Shown in pieces: positions 52,115 through 64,000 of a stretch of DNA of 64,000 nucleotides. The notes under the pieces were generated by a model, which was not told the origin of the DNA, searched no databases, and saw only the letters and a list, made by a program, of their open reading frames with translations. A program made the position numbers and the translations under genes. Numbering within the stretch: the stretch's first letter is position 1; the number at the start of each line of letters is the position of its first letter. The DNA comes from Proteromonas lacertae (taxonomy: Eukaryota), in assembly GCA_002245135.1 (NCBI GenBank), contig NGBS01000876.1:186001-250000 (forward strand), in the 5' to 3' direction.

Positions 52115-53815
52115 TTATATTTCCAATGTATCACCAGTAAATTGCATCGACTTCATTCCAACCTTCGGAGTCTGCTGTATCATAGTTGCGTGAAATTCGT
52201 CATAATCTATTTTACCGTCTTTATTCAAATCAGCTTGTTCAAAATATTCATCAAGATTATCATCAATACCACGACTAATAAAATCTTCCTTGGTAATATA
52301 CCCATCACTGTCTATATCAAAGTATCTAAAAGCAGCCAACATTCTCTCTTTATTTAAATACGCTGCTCTCTTCATAGTAGCTGCTAACAACTCAACATAG
52401 TCAATTCTGCCAAATGAATCGACTGGAATATTATCTAGGTTCTCATAGAACTCTTTCAGTGTTTTATCTAATCTACTTTCTACCATTGCATTTCTTAACT
52501 CATCTAGGGATATAAAACCAGTATTTTCTTGATCAATTTCTTTAAGTCTCTTAATTAAGGATGACAACTGTTCTTGTGATAGATTATTCGCCATAACTCT
52601 TAATGCTGCTCTTTTCAATTTATTAGTTGAACTAAATGCTATTAATTTATCTCTAAATTCTGGGCCAGTTATTAAAGGTATATCACTACCGCCTGATGTT
52701 ATCCATGGATGATGAAGAGCTTCTTCTGCAGTTAATCTAATCAAAAAATAAGAAAATTTGAGTAAATTTGAGAATTATATAGAAAAAGATGTTTATATAT
52801 ATATACCTCTGTGCTGGATCTAATACAATCAAATTCTTAATCAAATCTTTAGCACTATCACTGATAGGATCCCAATCCTTGCCAGTTAACTTATAAGTAC
52901 CTCTTCTCACTCTTCTTAGTATTTCGACATCATTATTACCATAGAATGGAGGATATCCACATAATAATATATACAATATCACACCTAAACTCCACATATC
53001 ACACTCTTTACCATATTCTTTCTTCATAACTTCTGGAGCTATGTAGAATGGTGTACCAACTCTTGTAGTTAGATGTTCTTCTTCTGTATTCTATATATTT
53101 AGATAATTAGTTAATTAATCATTAATTTATATTATACGTATATTTTTGAAAGACCAAAATCTATGATTTTAATGGGAGAATCATCTTCTTTGGTTAGATA
53201 GAGGAAATTCTCTGGTTTCAAGTCTCGATGAACAATGTGGTTCTGATGACAGTAAGCTACACCATCAAGAATTGACTTCATCAGTGTAGCTGCTTCTTTT
53301 TCTGTGTATTTAGATTTTTGTAATATTCTTTCAAATAGTTCACCGCCTTCACATAATTCAGTCACAATGTGTAAATATCGAAGATCTTCATGCACTGCTA
53401 TGAATTCTACAATATTGGGGTGATGAAGTGACTAAAAATATTAATGAAGTATGAATACTCTTAGAATATTGATTTCATTTCTTAAATTATCTAAATTATT
53501 CACTTTTTCTTTCAAAATTGATTTCACTGCTACTTTACGTTGTGAGGACCTTTCAATTGCTTTCCTAAAAATAGTAGTAAGTTCATACCTGACTATGCCG
53601 TATTGGCCGTGTCCTATTTCTTTATGATCCATGTCATAATATTTTGTAATGTCAGTAAACATCGTAGTTACCGACATCTTTCTTAATCTCTTTCTTCGTT
53701 CTTCTTTTTCTTTTTCGGTGGGAGTCATTGGTTTACTCTGTGGCTCTGCATCATATGGACTAGGTGTCTGTGCTTTTTTTGATTCTTCCTTCTCTTTGTG
53801 TGGTTTATTTCCCAT
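52115..53815 (-). CDS. CDPK: Calcium-dependent protein kinase with EF-hands and N-terminal MG myristoylation site
   Basis: MGNKP, GHGQYG, HRDLKPEN, IIDFGLS, GTPFYIAPE, junction KLKRAAL, EF-hands DIDSDGYIT and DLNKDGKID. Confidence 0.95.
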
Positions 53816-53907
53816 TTTTAAAGAATAATTATGTAACTGACTCAAATTAGTTTTGAAAAGAAACAATACAAATAATTAGAAATTCATTTCTATTCTATTT
53901 TGAATTG

Positions 53908-54297
53908 ATGATTCGTCAACATTATGACGAAATAGTGTTGATCCAAGTATATTTATTAAATAATTCATAGAGTGTTTTTCGTGGATATTTTGTAAGAAAG
54001 ATAATAAAGCAAGTTCAGGAAGAGTATGTAGAATTAGCGAAATTAATTGATACAGAGAATGTACCAACTTTTAAAGGGTCTTTATCATCTCTTCCTTCAT
54101 TTAATGATGGAATTGATGTATCCTCTATATCTTTTCATCACAATTTGACTACTTCTTCTATAAACGATGTTTCAATAGAACCAACCACTGTAGATAATTT
54201 TTCAGCACAATCTAAAGAAGAAATATGGGGAATTATTACTCTGTTGTATTATAATTTGAAACAGCAAATTGAAGAAAAGAAAACCAAAAAGTTATAA
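53908..54297 (+). CDS. Small IQ-motif protein (IQCC-like); absent from the ORF track
   Basis: Splicing the 24-nt intron 53947-53970 gives IVLIQ|SVFRGYFVRK (IQxxxRGxxxRK) in an open 121-codon frame. Confidence 0.8.
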
Positions 54298-54449
54298 TAA
54301 TGTTAATTTAATTTGTATGTAATTTGTTTTGAATGTATTATTGTGATCAGAACTCATAAAAAATAGAATTTAAATTTGCTGGTCATCCAAAAAAAGGAGC
54401 GAAATTCTATTTTTGTTTTTTCTATTGATATAAAGGGCAAAGTACAATA

Positions 54450-55581
54450 ATGGCAAATGAAATAACATCAGATGAAGCATATCTATTATTTGTTGAGGAA
54501 AAAAAGAAGACAAATATAGATCTTGCAGAATGTATATATTACATAGCTATAGTGTAGTACCAAGTGATGAAATAGAGAAAATACTGAGTGATAAATGGAA
54601 TAGTATGACTGATGAAGAAAAGCAAGTATTTTTATGAATAATATACTCTAGAAATATGGAAATGCAGATAAAGAACCGGAAAACAGTAGAAACAATGAAA
54701 TTAGAGATAGAAGTAGAAGTCCACATAGAAGGGAAAAAGTCAATAATAAAGATCAAAATGAAGAAGTAGTGAATGATGAAGTTGAAGTAGATGAAGAAAC
54801 AGAGGATGAAGAAGTAGATGTTGATGATAATGATAATGATATGGAAGAAGAAGTTCATGATGAAAAGAATGAAATTGAGAATAAAAAACAATCAGAAGAA
54901 AATGGTAATAATGATAAACTAAAACCTCCAAAGAGACCATTATCTAACTATATGATATATTCATCAGAAATGAGAATAAAATTAAAAGACACAATGCCAT
55001 CAGCTTCCATAGGACAAATACAAAAAGAAATATCAAAACATTGGAAAGAATTAAGTGAAGAAGATAAACAAACATACAACAAAAAAGCAGAAGAAATGAA
55101 ATTACAATATGATAAAGAATTACAGGAATATAAAGATAAATATGGTGATATTATCAATAATTTAAATTCTAATAATAATAATTCAAATGGTACAATTATT
55201 CAATTAGCAAGGTTGAAAAGATTGATTATGATTGATGATGATATAAAAAGAATTACAAAAGATGGATTGAAAACTATCGCATTTTCTATTGAAGAATTTG
55301 TGAAGTGTTTGACAGATTCTTCACAGAAATTGGCTCGTATTCACGGAAGAAAGACTGTTGCAGTATTTATTTATTTATTTATTGACTATATTGAATAGAT
55401 ATCTGATGTTTATGAATCAATAAAAGCAAATGATAGGTATGAGTTTTTAGAGAGAGATATGAAGTTATTGATGAATAAATGTAATGCAAATAAAAATAAG
55501 AATAGTGAAGCTGCAAGTAAAGAGAAGAAAAGAATAGAAAGTGAAGAGAATACTAATAGTATTATGTATTTTTTTAAATAG
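54450..55581 (+). CDS. HMG-box (x2) + NF-YC/Dpb3-like histone-fold protein
   Basis: Degenerate N-terminal HMG (AYLLFVEE...KWNSMTDEEKQ), PPKRPLSNYMIY HMG box, LARLKRLIMIDDDI...RKTV histone fold, ends SIMYFFK*. Confidence 0.85.
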
Positions 55582-55736
55582 TCATATTTTGTTTTAAATT
55601 TACTTTGTTTGATATGATTCAAATAAATTATGAAATAATTGACAGTAATGAGCACTATTTAGTGTAATACAAAGAAAAAAGAAATATCCACGATCTGATC
55701 TGAATCTCATTTCAAAATTCAATTTTCATTTTTCTC

Positions 55737-57474
55737 ATGTTTAGAATTCAGAAATGTACTCAAAATGCAATTAGAATATCAAAACAAGGGGAAAAATCAG
55801 TAAGACAATTTTTGAAGCCTAAAAAAACAATGAATCAGAAATATGCTTCTACTAAATTCAGTACTGAAGTCTTACCAAAAAATGAAATATGTAATGCAAA
55901 ATTTGGAATAAAAGACAAAAAAGTTGGCCAATGGTTGTTATTTGGTGGAATAGTCGGTGGATTAGTAGCTTATTCATATAATGTATATGGAGATGATATG
56001 AATAATGAATTAAACATCTATCAGTCGGAATTATCAGAAAAAATAAAAACAGTAAGAAAAGAAAATTGGCCTTCTGAAGATCAATATCCAAGAGTATTTA
56101 TTATTATTTATACAATCTTAATAGTTATCGTTGTCGATATCTGAAGATAAAATCATAATATTAACAATTGATCTCTCTTCAATCGAAGATCCAGTTATTT
56201 TATTCAATAGAATCAGAAAAGAGTTAAATATCAGATTATCAAGTGTAAATAAAGGCGAAGGAGTATATAATTGTAATGATTACACGGTTGAATACCAAAC
56301 AAGTGGAGAAAATAATTCAAATAAATACTTAATATTGACATATGACATAACAAAGAAAGATGAAGGAACAAAAGTGTTATGTGATTTATATAAAATAACA
56401 CTAGAAGAAAGTGAATTTTGGAGAAAACAAAATGTATGCTTTTACATATTATTATTATTATTATTATAGATTGTTAAACAACTTAAACAATTTGGCGTTG
56501 ATGTTTATTTATATGAAAAGCATAAGAATCCTCAAGATGATATAGAAAAATCAACCAGTAAATCAACCACGAAGTTATCTTGGGATAATTTAGTTGGATA
56601 TGAAGACGTAAAACAAACAATTATTGATTCAATAATATTACCGTTACAACATCCTGAAATGTATGCATTAGTAAGTGAATCAACAAGGCAAATGTATTTT
56701 TTATTATTTTTCTATACTTTATTAGTGATGAAGATAGTAAACCATGTTCAATCTTATTTGAAGGTCCTCCAGGAACAGGTAAGACAACATCAGCAAGGAT
56801 ATTATCATCTATTGGAGAAATACCATTAATGTATTTATTTTTAATAATTATATTTGTTTAGTGTATTGAAATTTCAAAATTTTGCAAGTAAGTATTATGG
56901 TGAAACAACTCATCAATTGAGTGATATTTTAGACTTATGTAGAAGATTAGGAAAGTGTTTTGTCTTTATTGATGAAATTGATGGAATATTACCATCTCGA
57001 GATAAAGATTCACATGAAGTAACACATCGTTTATTAAATCAATTTTTAGAGTATAATAATGTGTTTATTTTAATAGATTATTAGATGGATTTGATCAGAA
57101 TAGAAACTTAACAATTATTTGTGCGACAAATAGAAAAGAGGATTTAGATCCAGCATTATTAAACAGGTTTACTTTAACATTACAATTTGATTTGCCTGAT
57201 GAAAATACAAGATTTGATATCTTTCATTTGTATATATAAATTATTATATTATTATCTTTATAGTTATGCAAAACAACTAAGTCAAATCGATTTAAAGTAT
57301 TTATCATCAAACAGTGATGGATTTAGTGGAAGAGATATTCGTGAAGTTTGTTTAATGGCTGAAAGTAAATGGGTTGCTAATTTGATTAGAAAGAATTTGC
57401 CACCTGTTCCACCACCAATGGAGTATTATAAACAATCATTTGAGAAAAGAAAGAAGCATTTAGAAAAGAAATAA
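55737..57474 (+). CDS. AAA+ ATPase with probable mitochondrial/MRO presequence and TM helix (multi-exon)
   Basis: EGPPGTGKT, FIDEIDG, ATNRKEDLDPALLNRF, GFSGRDI. Basic N-terminus and WLLFGGIVGGLVAY. Confidence 0.88.
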
Positions 57475-57574
57475 AAAATGAATTAATTATTTTCTACATA
57501 TATATATAATGTTATGTATATACAATCCACAATAAAATCATAAAATAATGTTAAATATTATAATTATCTGGTAA

Positions 57575-58911
57575 TTACTCTTCATCGTCTTCATTATCTT
57601 CTTCTTCTCCATTCCCTTCTTCTAAAGCCTTTTCTCTAGCAATTCTTCTTTCTTCTGAAATTCTTTTCATCTCTTCCTTCTCTTCTTTTGTAAATTCAAT
57701 ATCATCTAATGATTTCAAAGTAGATAAAGTAATATAAACCTCTTGTCTATAATTATCAATACCACAAATAGGACTATTTGCTAGGGACAACTTCTTTAGA
57801 GTAGCTAAAGCAGTTAAACATTGAATTTGTGAACATTCTTCAATTCCACTATATTCCAACTGTAGATTCTCTAATAATTCCAAACTAGTTAAACCAGTAA
57901 TATCAGATAAATCTCTATTTAATATATATATATATCAATAATAATACTGATTTCCACTTAATGATAATGTTGTTAAGACTGTAAGGTTTTCTATATCTGG
58001 TAATTTAGTTATTTGATTATCTTCTAAATTTAAACTCACTAATTCAGTCATTAAACCGCATTTCTTTGTAGATGTCAGTTTATTATGAGAAATTGATGCT
58101 TTTTTTAGATTTGGGAATTTATCTAAACCATCTAAATCTTTTAATAAATTATCTACAGAAATATATATATAAACAATTAATTGTATATGTATACAATCTA
58201 AATATAGTGTTTCCAATGTTTCTGAACCAGTTTTCTTTAAATTGGCCAATCGATTATGAGAGACATCCAAAACTTGAAAATGGGTTTGAGGGAAGTTTGG
58301 TAAAGATTCTAATACGTTATATGATGCATTTAAATATAACAAATTATCAACATGACTTACTCCTTTTATTTCTTTGAAATGATTTCTACTGAAATTGATA
58401 TATGTTAATGATGGGTATTTTTGCATAAATTTACCTAATGAAGATACTCCTTGCTTCTATTCATTTATCATATAATAAGATCAATAAATACAGATAAATC
58501 TAATTTAGTATAAGCCCATCCTTCTCCTGATATTGTTTTGTTTAAATCACCTAAACCTTCTGCTAATGTGTCTATATTTAATGCATTATTATCACTCCAC
58601 ATATATCCTTCATTTGGATCTTCTTCTTCATCTTCCTCTTCATCCCCAGATTGAGCATTTTCATTCTCTTTCTCTTCACCTTCTCCATTACCTTCTATAT
58701 TTGCTCCATTCTCTACATTTTCACCAGTAGGCTGTGCATCATTATTTTCATTTGATCCATTATTTTCATTATTATCTATGGTTGTATTTTGATCTATTGC
58801 TTCTTCTGGACCTTTTAGTTGTTCTTCATCACCTTGTGGCATTTCTTGTTGATTTTCATTTGGTGGCTCAGTGTTATTTATGTCATCTGGATTATTATTA
58901 TCTTGATCCAT
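57575..58911 (-). CDS. SDS22-like LRR protein, LRRC23/LRGUK-like (ciliary radial-spoke type)
   Basis: Acidic N-terminus, GLGDLNKTISGEGWAYTKLDLS, LRR units, LRRcap YRQEV...LKSLDD. Confidence 0.75.
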
Positions 58912-59057
58912 TATCTCCTTCCTATCAAAAAAATAAAAACGTTTCTTTTACGTCAAAACGTCAAAAAGTGTCAAAATTACATTAATTCTATTTTCTTCAA
59001 ATTCTAATCAACTCATAACCTCATATATAATTATTAATATTTTTTCAAATAAATAAA

Positions 59058-60206
59058 ATGATAATCTATAAGAAGTACTTATTAAAATTATCATACAAAC
59101 CATTATCATATCAATACACATATTTAATATTTAGTAGACAATTTTCAAAATGTATATATTTATAGGACATTATGTAAATAGTTATTCTTCCAGAAATCAA
59201 TGAGATCATAAAAGAGAAAACATTGTATTATAATTCTAACTTTATTAGATATGTAATTCCAACACCAATAGGAAATTCATATGAAATATCCTTAAGAGCG
59301 TTACATATACTGTCTAAAGTGAATTTAATAGCTGCTGAAGACACTAGAACATCAAGTAAATTCCTGTTAAAGTAATGCTTTTATCTAATCATATTTTATT
59401 GTGTAATAGATATGGAATAAATAATTCATACATTAGTTATAACAACAAAAATATGAAAGAAAGAACAAAATTATTGATAAATAAATTGTTACATAGTATA
59501 AATTGAAGAAATTATGATTTTTATCTAGATAATTCAATTGGATTGATAACTGATGCTGGAACTCCATGTGTTAGTGATCCAGGTTATCATTTAGTAAAAG
59601 AATGTTATAACAATAATATTAATGTCGTTGGTCTATCTGGTAGTTGTGCATGTGTTACTGCATTATCAATAAGTGGTTTAAAAAGTGATAATTTCACATT
59701 TGTTGGTTTTTTTGATAGAAATGAAGAGAAAAGAAATGATATGATTAGAAGGCTATTACAATTGGGAAATACATTTATATTCTATGAATCTCCATTAAGG
59801 ATTAGAGTATTTGTTTTAATGTATATACTTATATATAGAATACTATGAAAGCATTGAAAGAAATATCATTATCTTTTTCAGAGTTTTTGAATGTAAAGTA
59901 TTTTATAAGTAGAGAATTAACTAAATTACATGAAACATGTTATAAAGGAGAGATTATTGATTTAAATGTTGATGAATTAGCAGAAGAAGGAGAATATACC
60001 ATTGTTATAAACTGTGAAAATAAAGAAAATATTGATAATTTGAAGTTATATATAGTGAATAATGTGTTGAAAGGGTTAAAGATGAATGGAGTTGATAAAA
60101 AGAAGAGAATTAAGTATTGTTCTGAAGAATATAATGTATAATTAATAGAAATATATTATTTATTTAGATAATGAAAAGAATTGTGAATGAATTAGATAAT
60201 AATTAA
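59058..60206 (+). CDS. rsmI: SSU rRNA cytidine-1402 2'-O-methyltransferase RsmI-like with N-terminal extension (about 6 introns)
   Basis: LYVIPTPIGN...AAEDTR, ITDAGTPCVSDPG, FYESPLR, SRELTKLHE, GEYTIVI. Confidence 0.92.
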
Positions 60207-60253
60207 TAGAATTATTAAGATAAAAAACAACAAATAACATAATGTTTTAATTT

Positions 60254-61850
60254 TTATATATTTAATTCTTCTTCTTCATTTTCTTCTTCATTTTTAGCTG
60301 TTTCATCTGGAATTCTACCAAACAAAGATGCAAACAGTTGTTCTTTATCTATCTCACAAGGTGGATAAGGAACTGGACCGCAAAAATTAACAATCTTAGG
60401 ATGAACTTGAAATCTCAACTTTCTTCCTTTGCTTGCTTTTCTATCTACATTCTATTTAAACAATAATAAACATTAATAATATAATACAGCTTTCTTTGTA
60501 TGGTGTCTCATTTTTAGTTTTAACAAACTATTTGTGTTATTTACATCTAAATTTTTTCTATTCAAAATTAATTCTTTTAATTGTTGTTGATAAAAATCAT
60601 TATCATCATATATATTTTCATTTCTTATTGTGTGATTTGATATACTCAACTCTTTTGTATTACTGTCATCTTTCTTTAAATTTGTATGTTCAAGTCTATA
60701 CAATTGACATCTTTTCAATAATCTCTCTTTATCTTTCAGAATATCATTTATCTATACAAATAAAAATATAAATGAATATAAAATATATAAATTATACTTG
60801 ATTTATTGGACTTTGATTAAATGTTTTATATTGTTGATGCTGTTTTGATAAATTTCCTTTTGATTCTTGGACTTTGTTACTTATTGATTCTATTGTTGAG
60901 TCTCTGTAAGGTTTCCATTCATTCCATTCGTTGTTTAAATTATCCCATATTTCATCCAATGACATTTCACTTGAATCTTCATTTATTTCTTCTATTGATA
61001 TTGGTTGTTTTGCAGTTGCAGTTTTAAAAAGTGATTTGTTTATATCAATTTCATTTTTTAATGATGAATATAATGTTGAATATACTGATTCTTCATCTTC
61101 TTGATCAAAACTTTCTTCATTCTAAAAAATATATATATATATTAAATTGAAATATAATAAATACAATTGTCATTTTATTCAATTCAGAAACAACTTTCTG
61201 TAGATGAATTCTAACTGTTAATATATTATCGTATATTTTTAATTGATTATTGACACTTATTGCTTTATCTTTCATGCTTTCTTTGTCATCTTTTTTCATT
61301 AATACAACCCCTTGATCTTCTTCTTCTATTTGATCTAATTCATTTAATATATCATCATCATCATCAACATTATCATTTTCCATATTTTCATTTCCTTCAT
61401 CTTCACTTTCTTCGTTTTGTTCTAATTTTTTGTGTAAATGTTCATCCAATACATTCACTAACTCTTCATCTATTTCTTCTTTGTCTTTATCAACTCCAAG
61501 AATATCTTTTGCTTTTACTACTTTACCTTTATATTTTTCATCATCATCTAATGCAATTGATGATCTTATTGGGAGTGATTTTTTCACATGTTTCAGTTTA
61601 TCATCATCTTCAGTATATATATCACTATTTCCCAAACTCTTTTTGAATGAATCTACAGTAATGAATTCTTCATCATCATCATCAATTGTAGAAGTCATTT
61701 TCTTTTCTCTTTCTTCCAATAACTACAACATATTAGATAGTGAAATACTTTATCAAGTGTTATTGAATCTTCTTTTTGTGGATTTTCTTCAGTGACAATC
61801 TTCTTTTTCTTTTGACCAACTTTTTTCTGTTTAGTATTTGGCTGTTTCAT
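60254..61850 (-). CDS. AATF: AATF/Bfr2 nucleolar protein
   Basis: SVNNQLKIYDNILTVRIHLQK, IYDDNDFYQQQLKELI, DRKASKGRKLRFQVHPKIVNF. Confidence 0.93.
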
Positions 61851-61932
61851 AGAAAATGAAAGAAATGTAATTTATATGTTTGACAAATGCTTGAATAATA
61901 AACTTGGCTTGAACGTTTCTTTTTTGAAAAAA

Positions 61933-63258
61933 ATGTCAACTCTCAATGCAGAGGTACAGAATAATCTTGCTAAATATATGAAAGATTATAAAATTGAAGA
62001 TATGATGAATGGAATTCTTGAGAACGTTTTAATGTCAAGATCTAAATTACCAGCCAGACAAATAATATCTTATTTAGTCGAAGCATTTCCAGAACAGACT
62101 AAAGGAATTGTCATTGCTCCATTACTGGCTGTTGAGACTGCAACTGATATTGTTGTTCCTTTTAGTAATGTACAAAAAACTGAAGATGTTCAATTAAGTG
62201 ATAAATCGCGTGTAGCTAAATTCTTGAATAACAACCAACGTGTATTTTTAAATCAAGAATTCAGTGATAATGTCTATAAAATATCACTATGTGCAAGATT
62301 TAACGGTAAAATGAAATTTGGTTTTTATCAAGCAGAAGATACAGATATAAATGCTGAAGAAACAAAAACAATTTATAATAATAGTCTAACATATACAACA
62401 TCTGGTGATTATTATCAAGTGGGATGGAGTGGTCCAAAGAACTATGAAGCAATTGATAGTGGTGCAATAATTGAATGGATAATTGACTTTTTAAATCATG
62501 TAATAGCCATAAAAATCAACCAACAGGATTATAGGATAATATTTTATAAGATAAAAGATAATTGTAGATTCTTTATTGAAGGAGATAAAGAGATGGAAGT
62601 GAGTTTATTAGGATTATGGAAGAACGATAGATCATTGAAATCACGTATATTATTATTATTATTATTATTATTTATATAGATGTTGATTGTAATGAAGATT
62701 GGTTATGGGATTATAAATTCGTTGAAACAAATCCATATACTGATGATGAATGTATATCCAACAAACGAAGAGCTAATTTCTTAAATGAAAATGTAGTTAA
62801 AAATGCAACTCTCGTATATAAATATATATATATTAATAATAATATTAATAATAATGATATAGGGTATTCTTCCACCCAACAAAGCTGTATCAATAGTTTA
62901 CAGAATTAATAAAGTTACTGGAATATTATATATTGGAGGATTATATGGTAAAATGCCAGTAAGTGTTCATGATTATTCACCTTATTTCTATGGAGTAACT
63001 CCACAAGGGGATTGGATAAGTCCTAAGAATAAAACATCATTACATCCGAAGATAAGTAATGGAGATTTAGTTGAAATAACATATGATCAATTTAATAGAA
63101 GGTTGTTAATGTCTTTGAATAATAAATTTTTGGGTGTGATATTTAAAGATTTGCCTTCTGAAAGATGTATTCCGTGTTTGAGAGGTTCTTATTATGCTGA
63201 TATTGATATTGTGCAGGTGATGGGAACAAATGATCCTCCCATTAGTTATTTAACATAA
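61933..63258 (+). CDS. RIIa/Dpy-30-like dimerisation-docking domain + two SPRY-like domains (2 introns)
   Basis: LAKYMKDYKIEDMMNGILENVLMSRSKLPARQIISYL. SPRY-like GDLVEITYDQ...NNKFLGVIFKDLP..CIPC. Confidence 0.6.
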
Positions 63259-63415
63259 TATAAATATGCTATATGTTTAACCATTGTTTTTTTTTAACTC
63301 ATATATATCCAACATATAATATATGGAAATCTTATATATTTATAATAAATTAAATTATTTACACTTTTATATTAAATTGAGAAAAATGGTGTGTGTGGTA
63401 AAATAGAAAATTGGT

Positions 63416-64000
63416 TTAAAACATATGCATATTCTTAATCTGAATCTTCTGATCTTGTGATAAGCTTGTTGGGAATTGAATATTATATTCAATTATCAAA
63501 TCTCCTCTTTGACCAGGTTGTTTTGATATTGGCATACCTTCTTCAGATATTCTATCTCTTGTCTGTGGTGATACAATCCTTCTAACAGGATATTTTATCA
63601 CTCTTCCGTCTAATGTTTCTATTGGAACTACACAACCAGTTAAAGCTTCTTCTAATGTAATATTTGCTGTATAAACTAAGTCATTCTTTTCTCTCTTGAA
63701 TTTTGGATGAGGTTTTTCTTTAATAATGAATTTAACATCTCCTGGTATTTGTCCTGGCACTTGATCTCCTTCATTTTCAAATGTAAGTGCTGTTCCTTCT
63801 TTCCAACCTGGTTTTACATTGATTTCTAATATTTTTGATTCTTTTCTAGAAGATCCACTCCTATCAGCAACAGTCTTTACTATTTTCATTTTCTTTGTAC
63901 AACCTTTGAATAATTCTTCTAATGTGCAGTATATATCATAATTGGTAGTTTCTTGTTTTGCCATCTTTGGACGATATTCACTATTTGATTGACCTGGCTG
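63416..64000 (-). CDS. DnaJ/Hsp40 class B C-terminal part (5' end outside the window)
   Basis: CTLEELFKGCTKKMKI, VKPGWKEGT, GDVKFII..HPKFKR, GMPISK..GDLII. Confidence 0.93.
   Translation of the reverse strand, partial: QPGQSNSEYRPKMAKQETTNYDIYCTLEELFKGCTKKMKIVKTVADRSGSSRKESKILEINVKPGWKEGTALTFENEGDQVPGQIPGDVKFIIKEKPHPKFKREKNDLVYTANITLEEALTGCVVPIETLDGRVIKYPVRRIVSPQTRDRISEEGMPISKQPGQRGDLIIEYNIQFPTSLSQDQKIQIKNMHMF

Noticed and set aside
1..64000. Alternative genetic code or stop-codon readthrough
   Set aside because: Apparent in-frame stops are explained by short introns, 1-nt indels or relic pseudogenes. TAA, TAG and TGA all end intact genes.

Overview
Very AT-rich, gene-dense eukaryotic nuclear DNA. 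It holds about 30 protein-coding genes, most split by tiny (mostly 24-40 nt) GT(A)...TAG introns and often arranged head-to-head with 40-150 bp between start codons. Intron size, a TGTTTGTT 3' motif and gene content suggest a Blastocystis/Proteromonas-type (Opalinata) stramenopile. Genomic stop codons plus LRRC23-like and four-domain Cav genes fit a flagellated member better (inference only). Gene models were rebuilt by hand across introns. Contents: a pseudokinase family with interchangeable C-termini (LRR or SPRY) plus relics, three tandem Dcr2/PAP-type metallophosphoesterases, histones H2A and H1, a divergent GBP/atlastin-like GTPase pair, a GATA factor, an SR protein, an M11-like metalloprotease, a Cav channel, FHA-katanin con80, Rrp1, Sec13, a TOG protein, a VHS/NPF adaptor, a PA-domain protein, a PDR ABCG, an MFS sugar porter, CDPK, an IQ protein, HMG-histone fold, an AAA ATPase, LRRC23, RsmI, AATF, RIIa-SPRY and DnaJ. 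Highlights: two candidate minor-spliceosome introns (AT-AC and AT-AA, one specific to a single tandem paralog), covarying metazoan-type histone 3' stem-loops on H2A and an intron-containing H1, a CaaX-bearing GBP pair around a repeat-rich bidirectional promoter, and a recurrent GAAACGACT start-proximal motif. Several single-base frameshifts are probably assembly errors. No tRNA, rRNA, CRISPR or transposon was recognised.
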